64,000 nucleotides of DNA from Thecamonas trahens ATCC 50062 (Eukaryota; Protista; Apusomonadida): positions 1 through 64,000 of the forward strand of contig NW_013657610.1 of the NCBI RefSeq assembly GCF_000142905.1. The letters are read 5' to 3'. This document shows positions 22,081 to 35,000 of the stretch, one piece after another. The number at the start of each line of letters is the position of its first letter. Position 1 is the stretch's first letter. A program made the translations under genes and the position numbers. The notes below the pieces were generated by a model. That model made no database searches, was not told the DNA's origin, and was given only the letters and a program-made list of their open reading frames with translations.

Positions 22081-22744
22081 GTCCCAAAAAAAATATAGCC
22101 ACAAACATGCGGCGCACATGCAGTGCACAGCCGCCACACGGCCAGACCCCAGTGGGGTCACGGCCCACTCCACGGCCGGAACTGCCTAGCAGGGTACACA
22201 TCCGCTCCGCATCTGACGCCTATCGGCCATCTGCAAAGGCAGTCGTCTGCCTGGAGCTGGCCCAGAGCTGGCTAGTGGCCAGGGCTGCCGCGGTGCCAGC
22301 CAACAGCAACCCGAGACCTTCCGCATGTGACTCATCTCAGAGAGCTACCTCCTGTCGGCACGTACGGCGACCAGGCCAGGTCGGCTAGGCCGTGCAGGGC
22401 GCGGGGAGACGACGCGGGCAGAGTCTCTCTCCCCACCCAAGACCCCCCATGACTGTGCCACTCCTCACAGAGGCTTGCGTTCATCTGCAGGTGACCTGCG
22501 CCAGCCGTTCGACCCGCACCCCGCAATGTCGAAGGGAGCTTTCTCGAGCACACTTTTCCAGGCTCAAGCGGCTTTTCTCGCCATTCACGCCTTTCCTTGC
22601 CCCAACTGCATTCCAGCGACCCCATCACAACGCGCATCATCGTGCCATACCCCATAAAGCAAGCTAACCAACAGCTCCTTGCAACTCGCTCTGCCCGACG
22701 CCGCCCTTCAACACCCCGGGAAGAATTTCCACGCTTCCATCACC

Positions 22745-22912
22745 TATGTCATTATTCAAACCATAAACTTATATAATTTCATTTCCATATTATCATGTTA
22801 ATATTATTCACAACGCCTAATTTTAAATATACACTACTTTTACAGCACCGAATATACAAATATATTATTTTGGCCATTTTAGTACCCGTTTATAACTCTT
22901 TTTTTACTCATA
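22745..22912. promoter_or_regulatory. AT-rich island upstream of the giant gene (putative promoter or unwinding element)
   Basis: ~170 bp dominated by A/T with TATA-like words (ttatataat, aaatata, tttataa), ~120 bp before ATG 23030, in an otherwise very GC-rich window. Function is inferred. Confidence 0.5.
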
Positions 22913-23029
22913 CCCTTGCCCATGCTATGGCAACCCCCCCCCCCCTTCCTCCACCGCCCCGATCCCGTCTCACTCACTTCCAACTCCCTTCACCCACCCC
23001 CTCATACCCCACGCGTCTCCCAAACTGCC

Positions 23030-26000
23030 ATGCTCCGCAGCAGCAAGGTGGCGCCGTTAGCGTCAACAACTCCGGGCGGCCTACCGCGGCTCGCTGGAGC
23101 ATCTGCCGCGCATGGCGGGCTCTCCGGCGCCGCGGCGGCCCGCAAGTACCGGGCGCCCCGGCTCGCCTGCCTGGCGCTCCTCCTTGCGGCCACCCTCGCC
23201 ACCCTCGCCGCGCTCTTCCTCGTCCTCGTCCGGCCGGCCGCCACCGCCGCGCTAAAAAAAAAAAACCGGCCGCCACCGCCGCCGGCGCGCCGGCCCTCAC
23301 CCTCGCCGTCTCGGCCTGCTCGCTCACCGTGGCGCCCGCACCTGCGCCGGCGCCCGCCCACGCCGCCTCGGTCGCCTTTGGCCCGTCCGGCCGCGGCGTG
23401 CTCGCCTACGACGCGTCGTCGAATACCCTCACCGTCGCCGCGGCCTCGCCGACCGCCCTCGGCTGCTCCGCCGTCCTCGTCCTCGCCCCGGACCAGCCCT
23501 TTGCCCCCATCGGCCTCGTCGTCAACGCCTCCCGCGCCGCCAACGTCACCATCGCCGCCGCGCCGTCTGCCCGCCTCGCCCTCGCCCCGCCGCTCTCCGC
23601 CGTCGGTGCCTTTGGCTCGCTCGTCCTGCGCCGGCTCGACCTCGCCGCCCCGCTCGCACTTGCCCTTGATGCCGGCGATATCGTCGGCGACGCCCTCGCC
23701 CTGCCGGCCGCCGGCGCCGGATCGGCCGCCACTGCCGCTGGCTCGGTCACTCTCTCCACCACCACCTCGCTCGCCCTCAGCTACACCGTGCCGTCCGACA
23801 CATCGTGCCTCACTGCTCCGGTCCTCGCCACCCCACCGGCCTGCTCCACCGCGCCTGCCACCAATGTCTCCTCCTGCTCCGGCGCCATCCTCACCAACGC
23901 CGCCGGCGCCGCCCCCGTCGCCCTGGCCGCCTCGGCCTCTTACGAGGTCCACGCCGCCGTCCTGGACGCCGCTGGCGCCTTTGTCACCTCCACCGCGCCA
24001 ACGTCACGCTACACAGGCACCGCCCGAAGCCTTGCCCTCTCGCCGGCCTCGCGCTCCGCCCTCGCCGGCCTCCACGAGGCCAACGACCTCTCCGACGTCG
24101 GTTACGAGCTCATCCGCTTCAAGCTCACCGGGCCCGGCGCTCCGGGCCACGACACCGCCTCGTACATGTGGGTCCTCTCCAAGGTCTTCCTCCGGCTCAA
24201 CCTCCGCTACCTCCGTACCGTCTCGCTCGGCCTCCTCTCGCCGCTCGCTGCAGACCTCGAGCTCCGCTTCTCGCCGGGCTTCTGCCCGACAGACCCGGTC
24301 CCGGCCTCTGCCACCGCCTCCAACAGCCTGCAAGTCACCTCCCGGACCGAGGCCCGCCTCTTTGCCTCCTATCTCACCATCGCCGCCGCCGCCTCCTCAG
24401 ACGGCGTCCTCGCCCTCCGCACCCCCGACGAGCCGGCCGCCTCCTGGTCCATCTACGAGTACGACCCGGCCTCCGAGCGCTACCTCCGCAAGCGGGTCTC
24501 TTTCCTCGACGACATGCTCCTTGTCATCCTCAACGGCCTCGCCATCCTCGCCTCGCTCCTCCTCGCCTTTATCGTCCTCTTCCTCACCCTCAAGCTCGTC
24601 TCCTCCCGCTGGAAGGCCGAGCTCGCCGCAGCCCGGAAGGCCCTCAAACTTCGCAAGGTCTCTGCTGCCGCCGCCACCGCCGCCGCCGCATCAGCCTCCG
24701 CCCCAGCTACCTCGATCGAAGCAGGCCCCTCCGGTGCCTCCTTCCTACAGCAGTCAGGCGTCTTCTGGTACTTTTCCAAGGAGGCCGGCAAGTTCTCCGA
24801 GGCCCAGCTGATGAAGAAGGCCAACGCCGCCATCATCAAGGGCAAGTACAACGACGATGGCTCCGCCCAGTCGCGCGCAGACGAGGTCTCGCTGGAGGAC
24901 ACCCTCGTCCAGCCAAAGCCCAAGTCGCGCGTCCAAGTCCTCCGTGAGAAGCTCGTCGCCGCAATCGACTTTTTCTTCCGCAACATCTTCTCCGTCATCT
25001 CCGTCTACGCCATCTTTGTCGCACCCACCGCCTTTATCGTCGTCGCCGCCTACATGTACGAGGCCGGCACCTCGAGCGTCATCTTCCGCATCGTCGCCGT
25101 CTCGCTCTTTGGCGCCAACCTGCTCATGGGTTCGCTCGAGTTTGCCTTTCACCTCTACCGCTTCTCCTCGGCCTACCGCTTCCGCGCCTACCTGCAGTGG
25201 ATCTTCCACCGCTACTTTGCCGCCCTCGTCTATGTCAACCTCGTCGGCGTCTTCCTCATTCTCATGTGGATCCTCCTCGGCCTCGTCATCAACACCATCC
25301 GCGTCCTCCCCTGGGCTACTGCCGTCCTCACCATGGGCGGCCATGTCACCTTTACCTACAAGAAGCTCAAGTCGTGGAAGGAGCTCGTTGTCAACGCCTT
25401 TAAGGACGTCTTTGACACCATCCTCTCCATCGTGCCCACTCATCTCGCCACAAAGACCATGGGCGCACTCGCCGCCGCAGGCATCCCCGTTGCTGGCGCT
25501 GCTGCCGCAACTGGCGACGATCCAGACGAGCCTGGCCCGTCGAACCCGCAGGAGCTCATGGCTACCGTCATGGCCGCCTCGCGCTCCGCGCTCGACACCG
25601 TCTCTGCCTTTGAGGCCCTCGGCAACGCCCACACCGTCGCCCTCTTCTCCATCGTCTCCACCCTCACCGCAGGCATGAAGGCTGGCGAGCCGCGCTCCCA
25701 GCTGCTCCTCGACGTCATCCGCGGGCCTATCGCCTCGCTGCTCGGCCCCTTTGCGCCCGACGCCCTGGACCCCTTCCTCAACGTCTTTGCCACAGTCTTC
25801 GGCCTTCTCGAGGCGACCGCCCTCTCGTCGGCCGCACACATGCCGCACGCCATATCAACCACCAAACTCGACTTTGCGCGCTCCATGAACACTGGCGTTG
25901 CGCGGATGCGCGACATCGGCGACAGGCTCGAGACCCACATCACCCCCGCGCTCCGTAAGCTTTCTTTTGAGCTCTCCGCGCCCGACGTCCTCGCCCGCTT

Positions 26001-29000
26001 CTCCCCGCTCGACGTCCGCAACTGGCTCGCCATGGTCGAGCTTGACCTCGGCCCAGTCTCCGACTACTACGCCACGCTCTCCGGGCCGGCCCTCCTCTCG
26101 CTCACGCCCGACAACATCTCCGCCCGCTTCCCGAACCTGCCCCACGACATCGCGGCGTCTCTCCTTGCCGAGCGCGACAGGCTCGTCGCCTTTATCAACA
26201 TTCGCCTCGCCAAGGACGACATGACACCCGACGGCGCCCACGCCCGGGCAACGTCTTTGCTCGCCTGCCCTCTTCGGTCGCAGACGCTATTCGCTCCTTT
26301 CCGGCCTCGCTCGACCTGCCGGCCCTGTGGGATGCCCTCTGGTCGCCGCCCATCATTGCAGGCATGGTCAAGGCCGGTCTCACCGCATCAGGCCCGGCAA
26401 GCGCAAAGACCTCCCGCGTCGCCGCCGCAGACGACGCATCGCTCTCGGGCTCGGGCTCGGGCTCAGCCTTCCACCACGACCGCGATGGCTCAGACTCGCC
26501 TCCCGACTCGCCCGGCGATGACCTCTCATACTCGTCGGTCCTCGGCTCGTACTCGGGCTACCAGCACTCGTCGTCCGACGTCGCAGGCTCCGGCCTCTAC
26601 TCGGCCTCGGCCTCGGCCTCGTACTCGTCGTCCGACTCGGACCGCGCCGGCGTCTCGAGCATCGTCAACCCGGACCGGATGCGCGAGCTCTTTGCCGAGT
26701 TTACCGGCGCTCAGTTTGCCGCAGCAACTCCTGCAGACCTCCGCTCGCTTGGCCTCCCACTCTACGTGGTCGAGCGCGTCCTGATCGCCCGCGACTCGCT
26801 CTCGGCAAAACTCGCCGCCGTCCAGGCCCGCAGGCTCACCATGACCAAGCTCTACGCGCCCGAGCCCACCGACCGCCTCTCGGCTCTGGTCAACTCACTC
26901 AAGGCCAAGCTCCGCGCCCTCCTAGCCGGCGATCTCACCGCCAAGTTTATCGCCGTCTCGTCCGAGTCGTCGCCCGCCGCAGAAGGCCTCCTCGCCCACT
27001 TTGCCTCGCTCCTCACCTCGGCCCGCCATCCGTTTGCCCCGCTCTTCCGCCGCATGCTCACCGCTTGCCGCTCCGCCCCGGACGTCGCCACCGCCACATG
27101 GCAGAACTTCCTCCGTCAGCTCAAGGCCCAGCTACAGTCTAACGAGAGCTTCGCAGACATGGTCGTTGATGCCCTCCTTGCTGCTCTTCGCGCCGCGCCG
27201 CCCGTCCCGCACGCCACTGCCTCGGCCACAGAGCTGGCCGCCTGGGGCCTCCGCGTCGTCAAGGCCGGCCTCGCCTGGCTTGGCTCGCGCCTCTCGGTCG
27301 TCGTCTTTGGCCAGCTCACCGGCCTCGTCGCCGCCCCGGCCGCCACCCGCCACCCACTCTCGCTCACCGCGCTTGCCCTCGACGCCATTCCAGCCGCCCT
27401 CCACCGCCCGCATCTCGATGCACTCTTCACCCGCATCTTTACCACCATGCTCTCCAAGGGCTCCTCGTTTGCTCGGGTAGTCGACAAGGTGACCCAGGCA
27501 TCGGTGGTTGACCTGCTCGGCCGAAAGCGCGGCCCGCGCCGCTCCGCCCCGTCCTCGGCCTCGGCCTCGGCCTCGGCCTCGTCGCCGACCCCCACTGCCG
27601 CGCTCCGTGCCCCGGCGCCAACCCCGCTCGCCGCCCTGGTCGCTGCCGTCGCTCATGCCGCGCCTGTCGACACGGCGTCGGTCGGCACGTCGGCCGCAGC
27701 CTCGGGCGCCGCTCTCGCCGCCGCCATCGATCACAACCTCGACAACTTTGAAGAGTACGTGACAAAGCCCGGCCATGTCACCGCCTTTGTTGACTCGCTC
27801 ACCTCCCAGACCGAGTCAATCCTCCGCTCCGCCGGCCTCTCCGTCCTCGTCGATCGCCTCCGCCACCTCACCGACCGCAACCGTGAGTCCGAGTCGGCCG
27901 AGACCCACATCCGGCTTGCCTCCAACGTCGTCTCGCTCATCCGCACCGCGCTCAAGCTCGACGCCATCCATGTCCGTCTCGAGCTGGCCTTTAAGCACAT
28001 GGCTTCGTCGGCGTCGACCCACAAGACCTCACGCGCCCTCAACGTCGCCATCGATGACCTTGCCCGCCTCGTCGCCTCGCCGCTGGCCAAGGCCAAGGCA
28101 CTCGCCGCCGCACGTGCAGAGGTTACCACCCGTGCCTCCAAGGCTGCCGCAGTTGCCATCGCCTCGGCGCTTGACACCCCGCACCTCTTTGCCGAGCTCT
28201 TGGCCAAGCTCGGCGGTCGCACCTCGCTCGCAACCTTCCTCGCCGAGTCGCCGGCCAAGCTTGCGTCCGCCAAAGCCTCGGCCGCCCGCGCGCTTGCTCT
28301 CCGCATGCGCGACACGCTCGCCGCCAAGCTCCACCTCGGCCCGGCCGTCTTCCGCTCTTGGATCGCCGCCGGCTTCAAGGACTTGCTCTCCGCCACAATC
28401 GTGCTCGAGCCGCTGAGCAACGCCCGCCACGCACTAGCCTCGCGCATGGCTGCCCTTGCCGACGCCCTTGACGCGCTCTCGGCCGAAATCACCACTGCTA
28501 GTACCGACGCCAACCTTGACGACCCAGCCGTAACCCGAGCGCTCGAGCTGCTGCTGGCCAAGCAACTGACGCTCTCGGCCAAGCTCTCGTCGCTCGGTGC
28601 TCTGGCAAGCTCAATCGACGGCGCCTCGCTCGGCAACGCGCTCTCCCGCGGCTTCCCAGCCTCCCGCACAGTGGCTCTCCTGCACGTCGCCATCGCGCCC
28701 TCTCTCGACCCGCTCCTTGAAGCAGTCGTCCACGTCATGTCGTCGGTCTCGGGCTCTTCGGGCATTTCCAAGTTTGGCGCCCAGCTCGCGTCTGCGCTCT
28801 CGGCCCCGCTCGACCTCTTGGCTCGCCAGACCGCCGTCCTCATCGCCAAACTCGAGGACGTCCGGACCGTCGTCGACGCCGACGACGAGATCCAGGACGC
28901 CATCGATGCGCTCGAGGCCACGACGCAGACCTCGCTCTTTGGCGAGGTTCTTGCCCCGGCCGCTGTCTTTGATCTGTGGGACGCTGCCCTCGACGCCTTT

Positions 29001-32000
29001 CTTCCTCCCGCCCATGACCTCTACCTTGCCCTCGCCGGCGCCGCAGAGACCGTCTTTGGCGCGGCGCCAGCAGACCCGGATGCCGTGCCGGGCAAGAAGA
29101 GCGCCGCGCTGCGCCGAAGCGTCAAGGCCCAGTTTGTGGCGCTGTTCATGATCCCAGCAAGCGCCGCCCCGGGCGTTGAGCTCAACGCCGCCGACTCGGA
29201 CGCCGCCGACTGGCCTGCGACACTTCACGCCCTCGACTCGCTTACAAGCTCGTCGGCAGCGCTGGTGGATCGGGCCTCGCTCGCCTCGCTCGCCGACGCC
29301 CTGGCCAGCGCCCTTCTTGATGCCCAGCTCGGCTCGGCTGACGCCATGGGCAAGCTCATTGCCGATCTTGTGCTGGCAGCAACGCCCAACCTTCGGGCCT
29401 TTGTCGCCGCCGTCTGCTCTCCGTTTGTCACCAGCTGCGAGGAGCTCGTCCACGACAAGCCACTCTTTGAGCTCGAGTCGGTGGTCCGCGCCGTGGTCGA
29501 GGCCGCCGTATCGGCCACGTGGGCCGCCAAGGCGGGCGGCTCGCTACAGGCCGCGACGAAGCCGTTTGTCAAGGCCATGACCTCGATCATTCGCAAGACT
29601 CTCCGCTTTGTCACTCAACCCTCGCTTGCCCTGCCTGATGAAGAACTGGAGAACCTCCGGTGGGCGCTGCGGAGCGAGGCCAACCTCATGTCCGGGAGCT
29701 CGGGCGAGAAGCGGTCGCGGGTCCAGGGCGCCATCGCCGCCGTCGAACTCGCGCTCGCTGCCGACTCGTTGGCCTCGCTCGGTGGCCACGTCCTCGACAC
29801 CCTCCTCGGCGCTATGCAGGCTGTCGGCTTTGCCGCCTTTGCCGCGCCGTTTTCGGCAGTCAAGGCCGCTTTCTCGCGGGCCGGCTTTGACGCCGCCCTC
29901 CTGGATGCCATGCGAGCCGCGCTGCTCGACAAAGTGCTCGATCCATCGGTGACGCCGCGGGGCTCGCTCGGCACCATGCTTGCCACGCTCGTTGTCTCGC
30001 CGACAACCGCCGCTCTGGAGGTGGTGCCCAAGGCGCTGGCCGCTATGACCGCGGCCATGGCGCCCGCACCGCTCCTGGTCACGGGCGCCTCCTCGGCCCT
30101 GCTCGCAGCCTTTGTCACCCAGCACGGCGACAGCCTGGCCAAGGCTGCCGATCCGACCGCTTCGCTCGCTGACGGTCTCGTCAGCTACCTCCTTCGCCCG
30201 TTTGAGGCCTTCTTTGACTCAGCCTTTGCCTGGGGCTCGCAGGGCCTCGACGCGCTTGCCGGCCTCTCCATCGACGCCATCATCGACCCGCTCTGGGCTG
30301 CCATGCCCGTCGAGCTCTTACTGGTCAAGTGCCACGAGGTGCTCGAAGAAGTGTTTGGCTTTTTCTCCACCGGCGTCATGTCAACGCTCCGCTCGGTTGT
30401 CGGCGACATGCTCAACACCGCCGGAGCCGTCGAGGATGCCTTTGCCTCGCTCATCGACGCCGTCCGCGGCGCGCTCATGTCGGTCCGGTCGGTCCTGGCC
30501 GGCACCCCGGTCCAGTTTATGGAGTTTTTCCTCGACTATGTCGACACCCAGCTCGCCGAGGCGCATGTCTTCCACAACATTGTCGACTCGCTGCTCGACG
30601 AAATAGGCGCCCTCACCGCATCGCCGGCCGTGGCTGTTGCGGCCGCGCGTGAGGGCGTGGTCTACGCCCAGACCGAACCGCAGCCGACGGTGCCCGGCGT
30701 CATGGCGGTGGTGCTCAAGGCACTGGCTTCCAACTCACCGTCGCTGGCCGGCGCCCTGGTCCAGGTTGTCGCCAAGGCCGTGGTCCCATTCGACTTCCTC
30801 ATCTCACTCAAGGACGCCATAGTCACCATGGGCACTGGCGTTGCCGCCCTCATCCGCGAGTTCAAGGCCGGCTCGTCCTCGTCCTCGCGCGAGTCGTCGT
30901 TCAACATCGCCGGCCTCGCTGCAGCGCTCGGGCAAGTGCTCGAGGTCATTTTCTCGCGTGTCGACCTGCGGCAGGTCGTTGAGCGCGGCCTGGTCCCTAT
31001 GGCGTCGGCAGTCGTGGGCAGCATCCCGCCCGACGCGCTCGACGAGATCTGCTCTTCCTGGTTCGACTCGCTGTACGAGGCCGTACTCTCGCAAGTGGTA
31101 CCTGAGGTGGTCGAGGTCCTCCCCAAGAGCCCTGCCTTCCGCGATGCCGTGGCCTCGGTCTTCAACCCGGCAGTGTTCGAAGACGTGCCGGGCCTCGCTT
31201 TCCTCGGTCCCAAGCTCCAGGCCTTCCAGAAGAAGCTCTCGGGCCCGTACTACTTTGACATTACCATCGGCGATGTGTTTGCCTCGTTCAAGACCGCGGC
31301 AGTCAAGGCGCAGCGCGGCGACTGGGCAAGCACGCTCAACGAGTTTGACCCGGACCCCAAGGTCACACCGCTGGTCAAAAGCCTCGTCCGCAAGCCGCCG
31401 CCGGGAACGCCCGCATCGCTAAAGGCCTACGTCTCGCACTACGCCAAGAGCATCATGTCGGACTCGGTCTTTCCGCATTTTTGCGAGGCGCTCGTCTCAG
31501 AGATGGTCTACTCATCGACCACAGTGGTTGAGGGGGTGTTCATGGTCCTTGTCGACGCGCTCTCTCGCGAGCCGGACCATATCCTGCGCAACGCGCTCAA
31601 GCCCATCCTCAATGCACAGGCGCGCTTCCGCAAACGCATCCAAAGCGACGGCGGGGCGGTCATGGGCGCCTTTGAGCGCAAAGCCAAGGTCGGCGGGCTG
31701 GTCCCGAGCTTGCTTGGCGTCCTCGTCTCGCTTCCGCTCCGCGGCCTCTCGCCGCTCATTGGCCTCGTCGCATCGCACTACGCCACGGCGCTGGAGGAGG
31801 AGGAGCTGCTGGCGATCGTCAACCGAGTGGGCTCGCGGTACCTTCCGCTGGCCACGACCTGGCGCGACTTTGTCATCACCCACCTCCATGCTTTTACACG
31901 CGAGCTCGTCGAGCCGGACCTCAAGGCCGAGGTGGACAAGATTGTGGACGACGGCGAGGCCGTCGGCCGCGAGCTGGTGGCCTTTGTGTACGAGATGGCG

Positions 32001-35000
32001 ACGTCGATGGTCGAAGACGTGCTCGACAAGGCATCCGGGACGGTGTCTGCCGCCCTCGACGAGCTACAGGGCCTGTCGTGGGACGAGGCGCAGGACGCAA
32101 TCAAGGGTGCGATTCTGGAGGCGGACGCGCTGGTGAGCCCCTGGGCCCGGGCGTACTCGACTCTGTACTCGGAGGGCGTGGGCGCCATCGTGGCCGACTT
32201 TGACCGCGACCTTGCACGGGCCCACGTGAGCGTGGCACTGACCAAGCTTAGCGAGCTTGTGCCCAAGATGCTTGTGCGGCGGTACGACGTGGTTGTCAAG
32301 GATGCCGCTGAAGCGCGTGGCCTGGTCTCTCAGGCCTTTGCGGACATGAACGTGGTGCTGGAGACCGATTTCGGCCACCGGAATGCAGAGAAGGCGCTCA
32401 TCGACGTGCTGCTAGCCCTGTGCACCGCGCCACGGGGCGCTCTGCCTAGTGCCGATACGGCTGTTCGCGAGCGCGTGCTTGCCGCCATTGCGCGCGACGG
32501 AATTGTAGACGCACTCCGCGGGGTGGGCGAACGGTCGCCGCTGGAGCGGGCACTCGAGGTCGCCGAGCTGTGGACAAAAAACTCCCACGGCGATCTCGGT
32601 GAGATCGACGCGCTCGACGACTCACGGCGGAGCCGGCGGCACGACGTCCGCGACGCATTGCTGGTCGACAACGACGATGTTCAAGGCCGCTCGCCCGAGG
32701 CGCAGCTAGTCAAGCTCCTCACCTCGCTGGGGCTGGAGCGCGAGGTTGAGCGCGGTGCAGCGCGCGGCGCCCGGGTCGGTGCAACCGGTGGCGACTCGGA
32801 CTCGGACTCGGACGACAGTGAGGCTGGCGGCAACGAGTGGCTCGATGCAGAGCTACGCGAGGCGGTGACGCTTTCGGAGGCCGGGCTCTCTATGTCGGAC
32901 CGCGAGCGGCGGCTCTGCAAGACCCGCAGGGTGCTGCAGCGGGTGATGAGGATCTCGGGAAGCTCGACAAAGCAGTATCCAAAGCTCTCGCTGCACGGAA
33001 TGGTGCTGCTCGCCCGGGTATCGACCAAGCTGCTCACTGACCTGCGGCAGCTCTTCCACATTGTGGGCGAAACGGACGAGGCCGACGGGGCGGTGCTCCG
33101 CGAGCTCTTTACCCTCAACTACGTCCTCATCCACGTCCTCCAGTTTTCAAGGCACGACTGCCCAAGACAATGGACGAGGTGGCGAGAGGCAAGGCCAACG
33201 CAGCCGAGGCTGCGCAGCTGTTTGACATCCTCGACGCGCTCTTTGAGCTCATGACCTCGATCGGCCACCGGGTGCGGGTGGTGCAAGGCGAGCTGGCAGT
33301 CGGTGCCCGGCTGACCCGCGGCTACCGGGAGAGCGCACAGGCGGTGGCAGTCGCCGCGCTGGATCTGGCGAGCTGCCTGCTGAACACGGGCCACGCGTTT
33401 GCGCGCCAGCTGGCAGGCGAAGTGGCCAAGGCCTCGGTCAAGGCTGCGCGCGTGGCGAGCAAGGCTAAGGGCAGCGCTGCTGATGCCGAGGCTAGCGGGA
33501 GCGAGGCCGAGTACGAGGCTGCGGTGATGGAGGAGTTTGACTCGGCGGCATGCGAGGCCGTCGTTGTTCTCCTCATGATCCATGAGTCGTGGCCGGGCTT
33601 GCTCGTGGGCGGCGCGCGGGTGCCAGACTATCTGGTGGCACACACCGCGGAGACGTCCGGATTCAAGGCCGGGAGCGAACCGCTGGACGCGTCGGCGTCA
33701 CGGAGCGAGCAGCTGCGGGTCCTTGCCGCCCGCGAGGGCGAGGTTGCACTCGAGGTCTCGGGCTGCCTCTATGCCGTCTCGCGGATCTTTGCGTGTGCCC
33801 AGCTGAAACGGGTTGCTCGTGAGGCCGTGGTGCGTTACGGTCGGTCTGGTGCAACCGAAGGGGCGCTGGCAGCCCTGGTGGGTGGTCTCGGCGATGAGCG
33901 GGCTGGGTCGTTGTCGTCGTCGGACGAAGATGACGAGGCTCGCCCCAGTGGAGATCCGACCGGCGTGGGTCTCGACTCGCTGGGAGCCACTGTGGCCGAA
34001 CTCTCCGAGAGTGGGCTGGACAAGGCCGGAGCCGAGGCTATCGAGCTCATTGAGTGGATGGTGCGGCAGGCAGCGCCGGTGCCGGGCGAGCTGCAGGATG
34101 CCGAGTTTGTCATTGCGCTTGCAGAGGAGGCGCTGGTGACGTACGCTGGGCAGGTTGTCGGGCGGAAGCGGGCACTCGGCTCGACGGCGCACAAGATGAA
34201 GCGGACGCTGGACGCAATGGGCAAGTGGCGCGAGACCAAGGTGAACACCCAGATGCCGCTGGCGTTTGTGGCGCACGCACTCGGACTTGGAGCGCTGGAC
34301 GCGTCGGCAATTGCGGTGGCATCGTCGACAACCAAGACCGCGCTCGTGCGTGAGCTCATTGACATTGCCTACGACGAGGTTGTCGGTCGGCCCGAGGTGC
34401 TCTCGGAGGCGGTGGCAAAGCTCCCGATGCGGACGAGCTCTGTCTCGCTCAGCGCGATTGTGGAGAGTGTGACGGCGGCGGTGGATCCGCACGCGCTGCT
34501 GGACCGACTCGTCGGTGCCATTGTACGTGTGCTTCTGCGGCCGCAGTGCTACGTCGAGACTGTGCTGCAGTGCATCGGTGAGCGCGAGTCGCCGCGGTCT
34601 GTGCGTGCAACGATCATGAGCCGGCTTGCGATGATGAAGCGGCCATTTGACAAGGAGCTTGTCAAGCGGCTGCTGAACCCGAACGGGGCGCCGCTGTTTG
34701 TGGCGTCGACCAGGACGCTTGAGCGTTTCAATGCTGCAAGCAAGGTGGGCGACGCGATGGTCAGCTACCTTGCGGTTGCAGTGCCACGGATGGTGGCGTC
34801 GCTGCCGGGCACGCTTCAGGAGGAGATGCAGAAAGAGGCGCGACTCGCCTTTCGTGCTATTCTCTCCAACTTTGTGCTCTCGTTCCAGCACATGCGTGGG
34901 CTGCTTGTGGAGGACACCTTTGAGGCAATGCTCGAGGTGTTTGGCCTGCCATACGGGACGATCCACCTCGGGCGTGCGTCGAATGTGATGTATGTAGAGA

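Noticed and set aside
23266-24811. Pro/Ser/Arg-rich remainder of ORF 22916-24811, and the AT-rich N-terminus of ORF 22795
   Set aside because: Out-of-frame read-through either side of the 23234-23282 insertion.
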